Of a stretch of DNA of 64,000 nt, positions 26,542 through 40,129 are shown in pieces. The stretch covers positions 14,563,548-14,627,547 of the forward strand of contig NC_068993.1 of NCBI RefSeq assembly GCF_001194135.2. The letters run 5' to 3'. The stretch comes from Octopus bimaculoides. Lineage: Eukaryota. The notes under the pieces were generated by a model that saw only the letters and a list, made by a program, of their open reading frames with translations, did no database searches and was not told the DNA's origin. The first letter of the stretch is position 1. The number at the start of each line of letters is the position of its first letter. Both the position numbers and the translations under genes were made by a program.

Positions 26542-27352
26542 TGTGTGTATGTATGTATGTATGTACATACATAGTCATTAATTTCCAATAGAGAAAAGAA
26601 AAAGTATGTCAAATTATGAACTAGTAAACCGATATAACTTGAATTTGTTATCTTAGTTATTTACCTCACATTTTAGATTTAATTAATATGTTTTATTTAG
26701 ATTAAAGCTAGATTAATTACATATATTTACATATGAATAATTTCCTCAAGCAAATATTATTTACATATTGAACAATTTATTTAGTTTTCTTCTTGCTTCA
26801 AAATTTCAAGCTCATATGATATTTTGATTAAAAGTTTTACGTAGCGTCACTTGGTCACCAGACCTTACGGAATGTCATTGATATTTTTAATATCTATTTA
26901 CGCATGAAGTGATAATCTCAATTTATATATTCACTAAACTCTTACCTACAGTAGTATTTTTCTTTTTTAATTTGATACTCATTTATTCTCAATCAAGTAA
27001 AGAGAAAAAATCTGTTTGAAGCTAGGAAATTATTTTAGAGCATGAATGATTGAATTTATATTTTTTAATAATAAAAAAAAAAAGAAATACCAGTTCAGTT
27101 AAATTTAACATTTTTTTTCTTTGTCGTTCACTAGACTTATTCCTCTCTGCGTATTTCACTATCTCCGCATGTCTCAAAGTTATTTTTTGCGTATGCATAT
27201 GTTTATGTATGCACGCATGTTTGTATGAATGTATGTTCGTATGTAAGTATGTATGTGTGTATGTACGTTTTATTATATTATACGTATATATATAAATACA
27301 TATACACACACACGCACACGCACACACACACACACATACACACATACACACA

Positions 27353-27453
<101 letters not shown>

Positions 27454-28293
27454 GGAGTTAAACGCAGGTGTTATTCAATTTCTTTTACTTCCGACACATG
27501 TTTCGAAGATATCATTGGTATTATTCTGAAGGAATAAAATGGTGTAAAACATTGTAATCTTCTCTTCGGGAAAATGAAGAAATAAAACTCGTCAATAAGA
27601 CATTTTAACAGAATATGATGGAAATTTAAGGTAATGAACTGAATGCTAATCAAGTTTAAAAAAAAAAACGTTATAGGATATAATGTCAAAGGTAGCCTAT
27701 AGAAAGAGGCTAATTTCTAAAGGCGACTTTTGTCGTTATCTCTTCTACATTTTAGAGTCAACTGGAAGCAGCACAAAAGAAAAAAAAATGATTACCAATA
27801 TATAAATGGGAGACTGAAACAAATCTATAAAGATAAGGTGACAACGTATACGAAATTTTATAGAGCCACATTTAAAGATGGAATTAAAAACACAATCTAA
27901 AAAATGATAAATAATAAGGAAAGGACAACCGATAAAGAAGATAATAAGAAAATATTTACAAAAATTATTTATGAAATCATCACCTTGGACTGAGAGAATT
28001 ACGAATAGGAAGAAATGAAAACGTTACTGAGAAGACACAGAAAACAAAATGAAGGATGAATAGAAAAATGGTGTAGGAGGAAGACCATAAAAAATATTGT
28101 AATTAATGAAATGAGTAAATGTGAGAAAGAACGTAAGGGGAGAAAACTTGATATACGCAGTAGAAGTAAGATAGAAAAAATATATATATTTATGCGTGTG
28201 TGAGTGCATGTATGTATGTATGTATGTTTTTGTGTTTGTGTGTGTATGAGTGTATGGGTTTGCGAGTTTTTGTGTTTGCGTGGGTCTATGTAA

Positions 28294-28330
<37 letters not shown>

Positions 28331-29339
28331 CACACTTACACACAAATATATATTAATATTCATTTATTTATATAAATGTCTATATATATATATATATGTA
28401 TATATATTTACGTATATATATGTATACGTGTATATATATCCATATCTATACATATGTACATATATATATATATATACATGTATATATATTTACGTGTATG
28501 TATATATATATACATATATACATATACATATATACGTATACATACACATACATATATATACATACATATGTATATATATATATATGTATATATATATATG
28601 TATGTACGTATGTATGTATGTATGTATGTATGTATGCATTAAAGATTAAAGAAAAAAGATACAAATCAAAGAACAAGACTTTGATATTTTTATCTTGTCT
28701 CAAGGATTAGACGTCTGAAAATGTCACGAAATCATATCTCAAATTTCTGTAATTCACACTGACTCTATTTCAGAGGTCTTGTCATTCTGTCTGCCAAATA
28801 TTAATTTAATACAATCTTAAATTTTAAAGAAATATCATTACAGCAGCTGATAAACAACACTATTAGTAATAGAAACAATAACAATATAACAAAGAGGAAA
28901 AATAAAATCTATGATAATATTGATTTATAACGTAACCAAAGTTGAAAATAAATTGTAAACAAGAACGAAGTCGATTAAAACCGTTTAATTACTGGTACTT
29001 ATTACATAGAAAGTGAGTAGATGAAAGCAAATATTGGCCAAGAACGTTAAATTTAGCATCATTTTTTAAAAAACATACTTTGACTCGGCAAACATTTCGA
29101 GGTTTGCATTTCATATTCTTCTGTTTTGAATACAATAACTAGGATATTATCGTTGCGTAAATGGTAAGTAATTATAATACTAAGATTAATATATGTGATT
29201 AATTCTCGTAGGTACGTTTACTAGTAATTACTATCTGAGTTTATCTATTCTTATTGTTCACATATATAAACACACTAGCTTCAATTTAAAGGAAAATACT
29301 CTTAACTAATAATTCTTTCCCCTGTTAAAAATACCCTTT

Positions 29340-29520
29340 GACACTTTGGGGGAAAGGGGAACAAATTGCTTGAATCGACTCCAGTGTTAAACTAGTACTC
29401 ATTTTATCAACACCGAAAGAAAGAAAGGAAAAGTCGACCTCAGCGGAATTTGGACTCAGAGCATAAGAGGGACGAAATGTAGTTTTGTCCGATGTGTAAA
29501 CGATTCTGCAATCTCGACAT
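29340..29520 (-). mobile_element. SINE family B
   Basis: AAGTCGACCTCAGCGGAATTTGGACTCAGA and AACGATTCTGC (head) are colinear with the other copies. Confidence 0.75.
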
Positions 29521-29579
29521 AAATGAGTGGTTCTTGATAAAGCCAGGTTGATACAACAGCAAAACATAGCAGTATAACT

Positions 29580-30240
29580 CTCCCCTTGAATCTCTCTCTC
29601 CCTACCTCCTACTTCCTCCCACCCACCTTTCCTCTCTTGCTCTGACTCCTACTTCTCTTCACTCCTACTTCTCTTCACCCATACTCTCTTTCTCTCTTCT
29701 CTCTTCCTCTATTCCTCTCTTCTCTCATACCCACCTTCCCCTCACCCACCCCTTCACATTCCTACCCCACCTTCCCCATCCTTCACATCCCATCCCTTAA
29801 CCTCATACCCTACATCTAACCCCACCCTCTGACTACCCACATACCCTACCTCTATCCCCACCGTCAGCCTAACCCACAACCCACCCATGCTTTCCCCACT
29901 CTCACCTCCACCACCTCCCAACACAATTACTCCACCCCACACTACACCATACCACAAAACACATCACATCACAACACACGACAACGCATACACCAGCACT
30001 GACCAATTCCCATTCCCACATTCTCACACCTATGCATACACACGCACACGTCATGATCAGCAGCCCTCGTTCACACGCACATACATTCTCCCTTACACTC
30101 GCGCACTTCATTTTGTTATCACTACTACTTTGTTATCTCCCTTTCTCTTATCTCTCCTGTGTGACCGTTCTTTCCGGCATTCGCCATGATAGTTCGCTAG
30201 CCACTACACATAATTTTTTCTCTCCTTTTTTCTCTCTGTG
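29580..30240. repeat. Strand-asymmetric C/T-rich then C/A-rich low-complexity tract
   Basis: The + strand is almost G-free from 29590 to 29990 and has many CCC runs. Confidence 0.85.
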
Positions 30241-30243
30241 TTC

Positions 30244-30279
30244 CTTTCCGTGGAAGAGCGTAGGCTCGAAACGTTAAAG
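30244..30279 (+). ncRNA. Minimal hammerhead-like fold with a deviant core, possibly a Penelope-like element terminal-repeat remnant
   Basis: Stem I CTTT/AAAG, core CCGTGGA plus an extra A, stem II GAGC-GTAG-GCTC, then GAAA and CGTT with a palindromic ACGT. Confidence 0.35.
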
Positions 30280-31383
30280 ACTTTTTTCAAACTCCCGAGC
30301 CTTACATTAATACATCTGTTTGTTGTCTTCGTCGTTTATTTTTTGTCTTGTGAATTCTCCCAGTATAATCGAAACTCGATGTTTATTTTTACGTCTACAA
30401 ATGTAACGACGATACATTCTACTGCCTACCATTAACGTCATATCTTTTATGTCAACTTCTACAGGTTACAGTTCCATCATGGCTTTGTAATGTATACTTT
30501 CACTATTATCTTGTAGTGTGCCACAAAAGTATCTACTAGTCATGAAGCTACGGTGTATCAGAAGTCACTTACAGTGACTTATCTCGTGTCTCTTTCACTT
30601 CCCTTTAATAATATATGATAACATACACTTACATGCAATATACTGAACCTAGTTAGCATAAACACGTATAGCATTCACTACCATCTAGTCTTAAAATAAG
30701 AAATATAGAACGCTATGCGGTGGCACAAATGCATTTTCTCATAAATGTCTGATAACATCAGAATATGTTTTGACTGAATTCTCAGTTTGAAGTGTACAGC
30801 AGTTAATATCAAAAGTTTTGCCTTTTGTAATTGAAAGAATTTCTAATATGACCTGGAGAGTCTGTTCTACTATATGATATATTATACGAAGGGAATTTTG
30901 AAATTGCTTACAAAGCTCTCTAAGCAAATATATATAATATTCCATTTCTCGGCTCTTGCATTATCTCCAGCGGCAACGAACTGCTGTTCACTTTTATGAA
31001 AGTCACAGAGCTAGAAGCTGGGTAGCACTTAATTGGTAAAAGTACAGAAGTGCCTAGAATGATGCAAGGGATACATACTACACCCTACGTAGTAAATACA
31101 CTCAACATCTAAGCTAACGGAAAACAATTTTATGATAATTTTATAATATACCTAATGATTATTTTTAAAAAGTAAGTGTAGCCAACCATGGCCGCGGTTC
31201 TCGGACTAAACGTTAATGTGATAACAAAAAAGATTCTAAACAAATAAAGTTTAAACTAGTTACAGTTTTCTTTTAATTCAAATCGTACAGAAAAGAGTCA
31301 GGTTACCAGGAAGTTCATGTTTTAAGTTTCAAAACATGACATATCACTCCTTTACAAACGTAGAAACAAATGATAAATAGTCC

Positions 31384-31562
31384 CTTCCCGAGTCATAGAG
31401 ACTCATAGGGTCACTTTCCCGGTTTCCATGGCGTAGAAGTTGCCCGCCTGGACGGAACGCCGATCCTTCACAGGATTACTCATTTTGCTAGCTCAGTGGA
31501 TTGGTGCAACGTGGAATGAAGTGTTTTGCTCAAGAAGACAACGTGTCACCAGGTATCTGATC
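31384..31562 (-). mobile_element. SINE family C, body and tail
   Basis: The reverse complement (GTTGTCTTCTTGAGCAAAACACTTCATT..CCACTGAGCTAGCAAAA..GCCATGGAAACCGGGAAA) matches 33320-33410. Confidence 0.8.
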
Positions 31563-31996
31563 TTTGCAACAAGCAAAGAAACCATTTTGAAGTGGGAACA
31601 ATCAATACTTGCCAGTACAATTACTGCATTCATCTTTTATAGAGATTTCATAACTAGCTTCTTTTCCCTTTTGCAAGATAAGTGATTGTAAGTCGCTTGA
31701 ATTTATATAAATTGCGAACAGAAGCACGCTATTGCCATCTCTAGCAGACGAGATGTCCAGCACTGAGGAAAGGTAGAAATAGCCCTAAACCTGTCAGTAT
31801 AAGGTGGTAGGAGTTCGCTTCCTGCTCACAATATATCGGATGCAGGTTGCTAGAGGGAATGTCCTCTTGGGGTGGAAAAATCAAATTAACGTCACTACGA
31901 ACACAACAGCCATGATGAAGTGGCGAAAAACATTACTTGCTAGTACGGTAACTATGTTGACCTCTTACAAAGATTTTATTACTAGCTTATATGCTC

Positions 31997-32060
<64 letters not shown>

Positions 32061-33244
32061 AATAAAATCCATTTGCCAACGTAGATTGACAGTCCTGATA
32101 AGGACGATGTTAATGCAAGGGAGCTAATGTCCCCACTCACCCTTAAACGGTACATGCGGACCATAGTTTCTGGGTTATTTCTCATCACCAGCACAGGACA
32201 ATCGTTGGCTAGAAGTAGCAGCACTAAGCCTTGTTCAAGGTATATAATGTTAAAGTGACGCAGTCACTAATCTTCCAAGGAGGAAGACAGTTAGTTTTAA
32301 ATCTGTGAGCGAGAAGTAGTAACAGTACTACAGAGTAATACATATGTATGTATATATATATATATATATNNNNNNNNNNNNNNNNNNNNNNNNNNNNNNN
32401 NNNNNNNNNNNNNNNNNNNNNNNNNNNNNNNNNNNNNNNNNNNNNNNNNNNNNNNNNNNNNNNNNNNNNNNNNNNNNNNNNNNNNNNNNNNNNNNNNNNN
32501 NNNNNNNNNNNNNNNNNNNNNNNNNNNNNNNNNNNNNNNNNNNNNNNNNNNNNNNNNNNNNNNNNNNNNNNNNNNNNNNNNNNNNNNNNNNNNNNNNNNN
32601 NNNNNNNNNNNNNNNNNNNNNNNNNNNNNNNNNNNNNNNNNNNNNNNNNNNNNNNNNNNNNNNNNNNNNNNNNNNNNNNNNNNNNNNNNNNNNNNNNNNN
32701 NNNNNNNNNNNNNNNNNNNNNNNNNNNNNNNNNNNNNNNNNNNNNNNNNNNNNNNNNNNNNNNNNNNNNNNNNNNNNNNNNNNNNNNNNNNNNNNNNNNN
32801 NNNNNNNNNNNNNNNNNNNNNNNNNNNNNNNNNNNNNNNNNNNNNNNNNNNNNNNNNNNNNNNNNNNNNNNNNNNNNNNATATATATATATATATACACA
32901 TACATACATACATATATGTGTGTGTATGCTGTGCGAGACTGTATAGATGTATATATACCTATAAACTTTACAAAATAAACAACATAAAAATGTATAGCAG
33001 AATATTTATGTCATATATCAACAGAAAGTAACAAGATATATCTAAAAGTGGATGTTAGTCCATTTCATGGTCCCAACAGGACAAATTGGATAAGACGTTG
33101 CACCAGAGAATGGCAAGGTGGATGTGTTGGAACAACCCCTCCGACTCACGGGGCTCGCAGTTGCGCATATCCATCTCCGTTAGTTTCGGACCTTTCAAAG
33201 AAATACTAACTTCTAGCATTATATTATCCTAATAGATAGTAGAG

Positions 33245-33445
33245 TGGAGGCACTTGGCCTAGTGTTTAGGGTGTCAGCACCATGATCGTAAGTTTGTGGT
33301 TTCGATTCTCGGACCGGGCGACGCGTTGTATTCTTGAGCAAAACACTTCATTTCATGTTGTTCCAGTCCACTCAGCTGGCAAAAACATACGCCATTGAAA
33401 CCGGGAAACCGGGCACATGACCCTGGCTAGGTTTTAAAAGAGCGC
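33245..33445 (+). mobile_element. SINE family C with tRNA-type internal promoter
   Basis: A-box-like TGGCCTAGTG (33255-64) and B-box-like GGTTTCGATTC (33298-33308). The body is shared with 31384-31562. Confidence 0.8.
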
Positions 33446-33834
33446 ATTTATTTTTTTATTTTAATAGATAGGTAGAAACCCTGTAACAATGCATATAAAC
33501 ATACACACTGTTCAGACTATGACAACTGCATATATATCTTCTTGAAAAATAACATGGCCATTAATCTTCCCATTTTGTCTTTTGCTTTGATTTGTTCATC
33601 TCCGTCTATCACTTCTTTCTTTTCCCTTTACGCTTTATTTCTCAATGTTTTGCTCCCCTCTCTCTCTCTGTGGAGTGAGTAGCTATATTTAAATATTTCT
33701 ATATTGAAATATTTCAATCCTTATCCAGTTACTATCAGTATACGTTTATAAACTATCGATTTTTCAAAGCTATCATATAAAGACACACATTAAGAGGCAC
33801 ATTTAATTTAGATAATCGTAAATACACAGCCACG

Positions 33835-33870
<36 letters not shown>

Positions 33871-34331
33871 TACACACTCACACATACACACACACATGCA
33901 TATATGAATATATATGTATGGATATATNNNNNNNNNNNNNNNNNNNNNNNNNNNNNNNNNNNNNNNNNNNNNNNNNNNNNNNNNNNNNNNNNNNNNNNNN
34001 NNNNNNNNNNNNNNNNNNNNNNNNNNNNNNNNNNNNNNNNNNNNNNNNNNNNNNNNNNNNNNNNNNNNNNNNNNNNNNNNNNNNNNNNNNNNNNNNNNNN
34101 NNNNNNNNNNNNNNNNNNNNNNNNNNNNNNNNNNNNNNNNNNNNNNNNNNNNNNNNNNNNNNNNNNNNNNNNNNNNNNNNNNCGTACATATACATACACA
34201 CACTCACACATACGTACATATAAATATATACAATTATATATATATATATATATATATGATTGTATGTATGAATGTATATACGTGAATATATATAAATATA
34301 TGTATATATATGTACACATACATGTACAGTG

Positions 34332-34397
<66 letters not shown>

Positions 34398-35528
34398 TGT
34401 GCGTGCGCTTGAGCGTGCGTGCGTGCGTGTGTGTGTGTGTGTGTGTACGCATATATGGATATATGTATACGCACGTATGTATATATGACTAATTTAGTAT
34501 GCAAGTATGCTATTTTCTAACACTGCACTTTCATTAATGAAAATATGAAAGGGAAAAAAATTATTTCGACTCATCGCTGGCAGCATATTTACTATGACCT
34601 TAAATTGTATATGTAGTCTTGCAACTTCTCACTAACAAAAATGAAAAAGTAAATAAATAAATAAACAACAAAAACTTCCTGCATTCTAAGATAAATTGTG
34701 TTCATTTTACATTTGATTTTTTTTTCTTTCTCTTTTGTCTTTATGGAAGCATATTTGGATGTAATGTATTCACTGTTTAACCAGTTGCTACTCCGAACAT
34801 GTTTTGAATGTTTAAGAAAGACTTTACTGGAATCGCACAGAACTTAAAGCAAACATTGATATAAACGTGAATTAACAATCGTGGATTTTCTGACAAGCGA
34901 AGACACAAATAATAATCGACAGAAAATCTTCCAAACACATGTGCATTTTGATGTAAATTCACTTCTTTCTTTTTTTCTTATTTAAAACTTTCTTGAATGC
35001 CAATCTGCTGGATACAGAGCCAAATCTCTATTATATAACTATATGAATGAAATATATCAATAACAAACTGGTATTCTGTGGGTGTCTAAAAGTTAAATAT
35101 ATTTGAAGGGAAGGGAAAAATATAATGAGCATATTAATGCCAGGCATTAGTTAGAATTTAGTTGATTGCTTGATGTAACGCCACATTTGAGACATCGAAT
35201 GAAAGATGCTAGCGCGGCGCTACAATTCCAAAACTCCGACGGCCCTAATGTTGCTGAGCAGTAAATGGTATAGAGCTTTAAATTTCGAGTTCAAATTCAA
35301 CGTACATGGAATCTATGTCTCATCTTCCTGTGGTTAAAGAAATTAAGTACTAACTGCTTTCTTCCGCATATGCTTGCGTTTGATATTATTGCATTGCTAC
35401 TTTATTCATGTTCTGCTATAGTGAGCGATATTTTCCCATAATTCCTAAGAAGCACTTATTTTAAAAACTCACCGTGTTTTTGTTAAATTACATTCTTTCG
35501 TTCGTTGTCTCACCACCTCTCCCTCTCC

Positions 35529-35600
<72 letters not shown>

Positions 35601-36044
35601 CACTCCTGCCGCACACTCTAACATTCTTCACCAGACCCTTCGCATTCATCCTATTACACGCCTGGCCTTCTAAGTTTTTTTCGGTCTGCCTATTCTCTTT
35701 GACTTCCCACTTATGTCTAACATACTACCTGCAAACCTCTGCTCCGACTGTTTTAACGATATATATTTATAGACCGCGTATCCTCACTTCAGTTGCATCC
35801 GGTTTTCTGAAGAGAAGGGGCCGTATCCAAAGGAAGAAATAAAACGCATATAAACACATACACGTACACGCACACATCTGTGTATGTGAGTGGGTTTGTG
35901 TGTGCAACGAGGATTTCTCCATGGTTAATTTTTCCCTTAAACTCAAGCCATGTTTTAGTTTGTGTCTTTATGCATCTATGTCTAATTGTATGCGTATATG
36001 TATATAATATATATATGTATGTGTATGTATATATGTAAGTAAGT

Positions 36045-36094
<50 letters not shown>

Positions 36095-37065
36095 ATATGA
36101 ATATATGTATACATCAAACGATAATGTCAGGTTTTACGGGAGGTGAATAGATATATTTATTTTCCTACGTGGTACTCATAAGTTGCATACATACACGCAC
36201 ACACACGCGGACATGCACACACACACGCGCGCATATAAACACACATACACACTCAGACACAGGCATTCGTACAGACAGACAGTCAGTTAGATAGACAGAC
36301 GGACATACAGGCATGTCTACACACATCAAACACGCATTTGAAACATGTTGCTTACTACATTATAATGCTGCAACATGGAAAATCTCAACACGAAACTTAT
36401 GTTTCGTTAACTATCGTGGTACAAATAATTCAATAAAAAATACCAGACAATATGAACTGTTTGAGGCTATAAACTTCTGTACTACGGTAACATGTCCATG
36501 AACACAAAATAAATATACATATATGTGTGCATATGTATTTATATAGAGAGAAATGCAGATACAACTAGTAGGAAGAGGAATACGCACACACATATGTCTG
36601 TTTTGTATTATAATTTGTGTCTTTCACTAGTCTGTGTATATGTTTTCCCTCTTGGTTTTATACTAAATAGCTAATATATAAATTTAAGAACACTGAGTTC
36701 AGTTTTAAAATTTGAATAACGTTAGTCTCTCTGGAATTCAATGAATTAATCCAGTCCATCAACTTCTGGAAGCATTCACGTTTCCTGGATACAATACAAG
36801 CAGGGTTCATTGTTTTTCATTTTTTCTCTTTTTTAGTCGATCCTATCAAATGATGACATTTCGTGACATACTAAAAGCATCGTAAAAATGAGGAAAAAAA
36901 TTCGTGAAATCAGTAAAAACAGATATTTGTAAGCCATTAGAAATAATACACAAACAATAAAGTTGAAATCAAGTGTAAATAGATAATAGCTTGACTAGAG
37001 TGATGGAATGGCTGATAAACTGATGGACAATTATATTAGATAAATAGATAGATAGATATATAGAT

Positions 37066-37125
<60 letters not shown>

Positions 37126-37941
37126 ACAAATAGATCAACAAATAGATTAGGAAATGAATGTAGGGAAACAAGGCATCAAAGAAGATGTACATCATTATAC
37201 TGCGCGCACAGAAGAACGACTCACACGTGAATAAAGACACACATGTACACACATCCAACGCGCTCATATGCTTGGTACGATGTATATAAATATGTCTACA
37301 TCTATCTATCTATCTCTCTATCTAACTATTTATCTATCTATCTATCTGTTTGTGTGTCTGTCTGCTTGTCTCCTTGTATACTATATTTATATCTATCTAT
37401 TTCTCTGTCTATCAATCTATACACACGCGCGCGCGCGCGTACACACACACATATATATATATATATATNNNNNNNNNNNNNNNNNNNNNNNNNNNNNNNN
37501 NNNNNNNNNNNNNNNNNNNNNNNNNNNNNNNNNNNNNNNNNNNNNNNNNNNNNNNNNNNNNNNNNNNNNNNNNNNNNNNNNNNNNNNNNNNNNNNNNNNN
37601 NNNNNNNNNNNNNNNNNNNNNNNNNNNNNNNNNNNNNNNNNNNNNNNNNNNNNNNNNNNNNNNNNNNNNNNNNNNNNNNNNNNNNNNNNNNNNNNNNNNN
37701 NNNNNNNNNNNNNNNNNNNNNNNNNNNNNNNNNNNNNNNNNNNNNNNNNNNNNNNNNNNNNNNNNNNNNNNNNNNNNNNNNNNNNNNNNNNNNNNNNNNN
37801 NNNNNNNNNNNNNNNNNNNNNNNNNNNNNNNNNNNNNNNNNNNNNNNNNNNNNNNNNNNNNNNNNNNNNNNNNNNNNNNNNNNNNNNNNNNNNNNNNNNN
37901 NNNNNNNNNNNNNNNNNNNNNNNNNNNNNNNNNNNNNNNNN

Positions 37942-37975
<34 letters not shown>

Positions 37976-38919
37976 CATGCATGCATGTATGCATGCATGT
38001 ATGCAACACATGCATGTATGCATAGTCCAGTGTGTGTGATTGTGGGATGAGTGAGGGAATGAGGAAATGCTGTAAGTTAAGATCGAATGGATAAAAACAT
38101 AGCGTTTTAAATTAAAATTTTTCTCGATTTCATATTTTGATCCCAATGCAATTAAGTTAAAAGATAACAAATTACTGCATATATCCCCATTCGCAATTAA
38201 CTAATGAGTATTTGTTTGGTATGCTACTTTTCTCTCCTTGTCTCTCTGTCCATCTCTTCCGGATTATCCACTTACTCCCTCTAGGAGTTTAATTATGCTG
38301 TGGTAGTTCAGATACTTTAGGTTCCCGTTTGTATTATTTAGCTGTTGTTTTTGTAAAATTTTTATTCTCTTTATTTGGAATTCTTTTTTTTTTGGTGCGG
38401 GAGGGGGCTTACAAACCTTTTACATTGTTTTGCCATAATATCCGACCCCTTTTCTTGATTTATGCTAAGGAGGATTATGTTGAAAATCACATAGGAGGAA
38501 TGCATTAAGAAATGTTTTAAATTGTATATTAGGTGCCATGAAGACGCATTTCTAATATATGTAACAGTATGACTATTGAGCGAAATATGTCTTAATTATA
38601 TTTTTTAGTTTGGGTAGACTTCATGTCAGACGAGTAGTACATTAGCATGTATATTTTAGGTCAATTATCAACAGTAAAGTTGTCATTTAAGTTTTTATCT
38701 ACTCTCTATATATTTATTGTTTATAATACTTCTTTAAAAAAAAAAAAAAATCAGTATTACCCACATCGTACTTTTTCGAAAGAATTCCCTTCCCTTCATT
38801 AGACTTAGAGGAAATACCAGGTAAAACTCCATCTGATCACAATCTGTTGTCCAAAAAATAGAGAAATTAAATATCTTAAACCTTGATAGACCATATATGA
38901 AGAAAAAGACAGGATGATG

Positions 38920-39090
38920 TAGGCTGGCTTGGCTGCGTGGTTACGAAACTCGTTCTGCAATCACGTGGTTTGCAGTTCAGACACATTGCGTACAGATTTT
39001 GACTCATGCCTTCTACTATGATACTTGGCAGATAAATAATTTGTAAGTAAATTTAGCAACCCGCCCAAGACAGAGACATTCGTGCATATA
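38920..39090 (+). mobile_element. SINE family A head, degenerate
   Basis: TGGCTGCGTGGTTA..CACGTGGTT..GTTCAG..CTTCTACTAT resembles the family A head. Confidence 0.6.
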
Positions 39091-40002
39091 AGTATATATA
39101 TATATATATATATATTTGCTCAAAGTAGATGAACAGCCGACAACTGATGAAGGGCCGTTCGTTATGTTACTTATCTTGTTTTCCATTTGTTACTTTCGTT
39201 GATCGCATACAATGTTGTTTACGTTTTATGACGTCCTGTACTCATATATGCATGTATATATACATATACATGTATCTACATATATGTATGTATATATGTA
39301 TATATATATTTATATATATATATANNNNNNNNNNNNNNNNNNNNNNNNNNNNNNNNNNNNNNNNNNNNNNNNNNNNNNNNNNNNNNNNNNNNNNNNNNNN
39401 NNNNNNNNNNNNNNNNNNNNNNNNNNNNNNNNNNNNNNNNNNNNNNNNNNNNNNNNNNNNNNNNNNNNNNNNNNNNNNNNNNNNNNNNNNNNNNNNNNNN
39501 NNNNNNNNNNNNNNNNNNNNNNNNNNNNNNNNNNNNNNNNNNNNNNNNNNNNNNNNNNNNNNNNNNNNNNNNNNNNNNNNNNNNNNNNNNNNNNNNNNNN
39601 NNNNNNNNNNNNNNNNNNNNNNNNNNNNNNNNNNNNNNNNNNNNNNNNNNNNNNNNNNNNNNNNNNNNNNNNNNNNNNNNNNNNNNNNNNNNNNNNNNNN
39701 NNNNNNNNNNNNNNNNNNNNNNNNNNNNNNNNNNNNNNNNNNNNNNNNNNNNNNNNNNNNNNNNNNNNNNNNNNNNNNNNNNNNNNNNNNNNNNNNNNNN
39801 NNNNNNNNNNNNNNNNNNNNNNNNNNNNNNNNNNNNNNNNNNNNNNNNNNNNNNNNNNNNNNNNNNNNNNNNNNNNNNNNNNNNNNNNNNNNNNNNNNNN
39901 NNNNNNNNNNNNNNNNNNNNNNNNNNNNNNNNNNNNNNNNNNNNNNNNNNNNNNNNNNNNNNNNNNNNNNNNNNNNNNNNNNNNNNNNNNNNNNNNNNNN
40001 NN

Positions 40003-40098
40003 AAGAAGAAGAAGAAGAAGAAGAAGAAGAAAAAGAAGAAGAAGAAGAAGAAGAAGAAGAAGAAGAAGAAGAAGAAGAAGAAGAAGAAGAAGAAGAAG

Positions 40099-40128
<30 letters not shown>
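40003..40128. repeat. (AAG)n microsatellite
   Basis: Directly visible and starts at a gap edge. Confidence 0.97.

Positions 40129-40129
<1 letters not shown>

Noticed and set aside
32214-32223. TAGCAGCAC, a miR-15/16-like seed
   Set aside because: No precursor hairpin is evident, and a 9-mer match is expected by chance.
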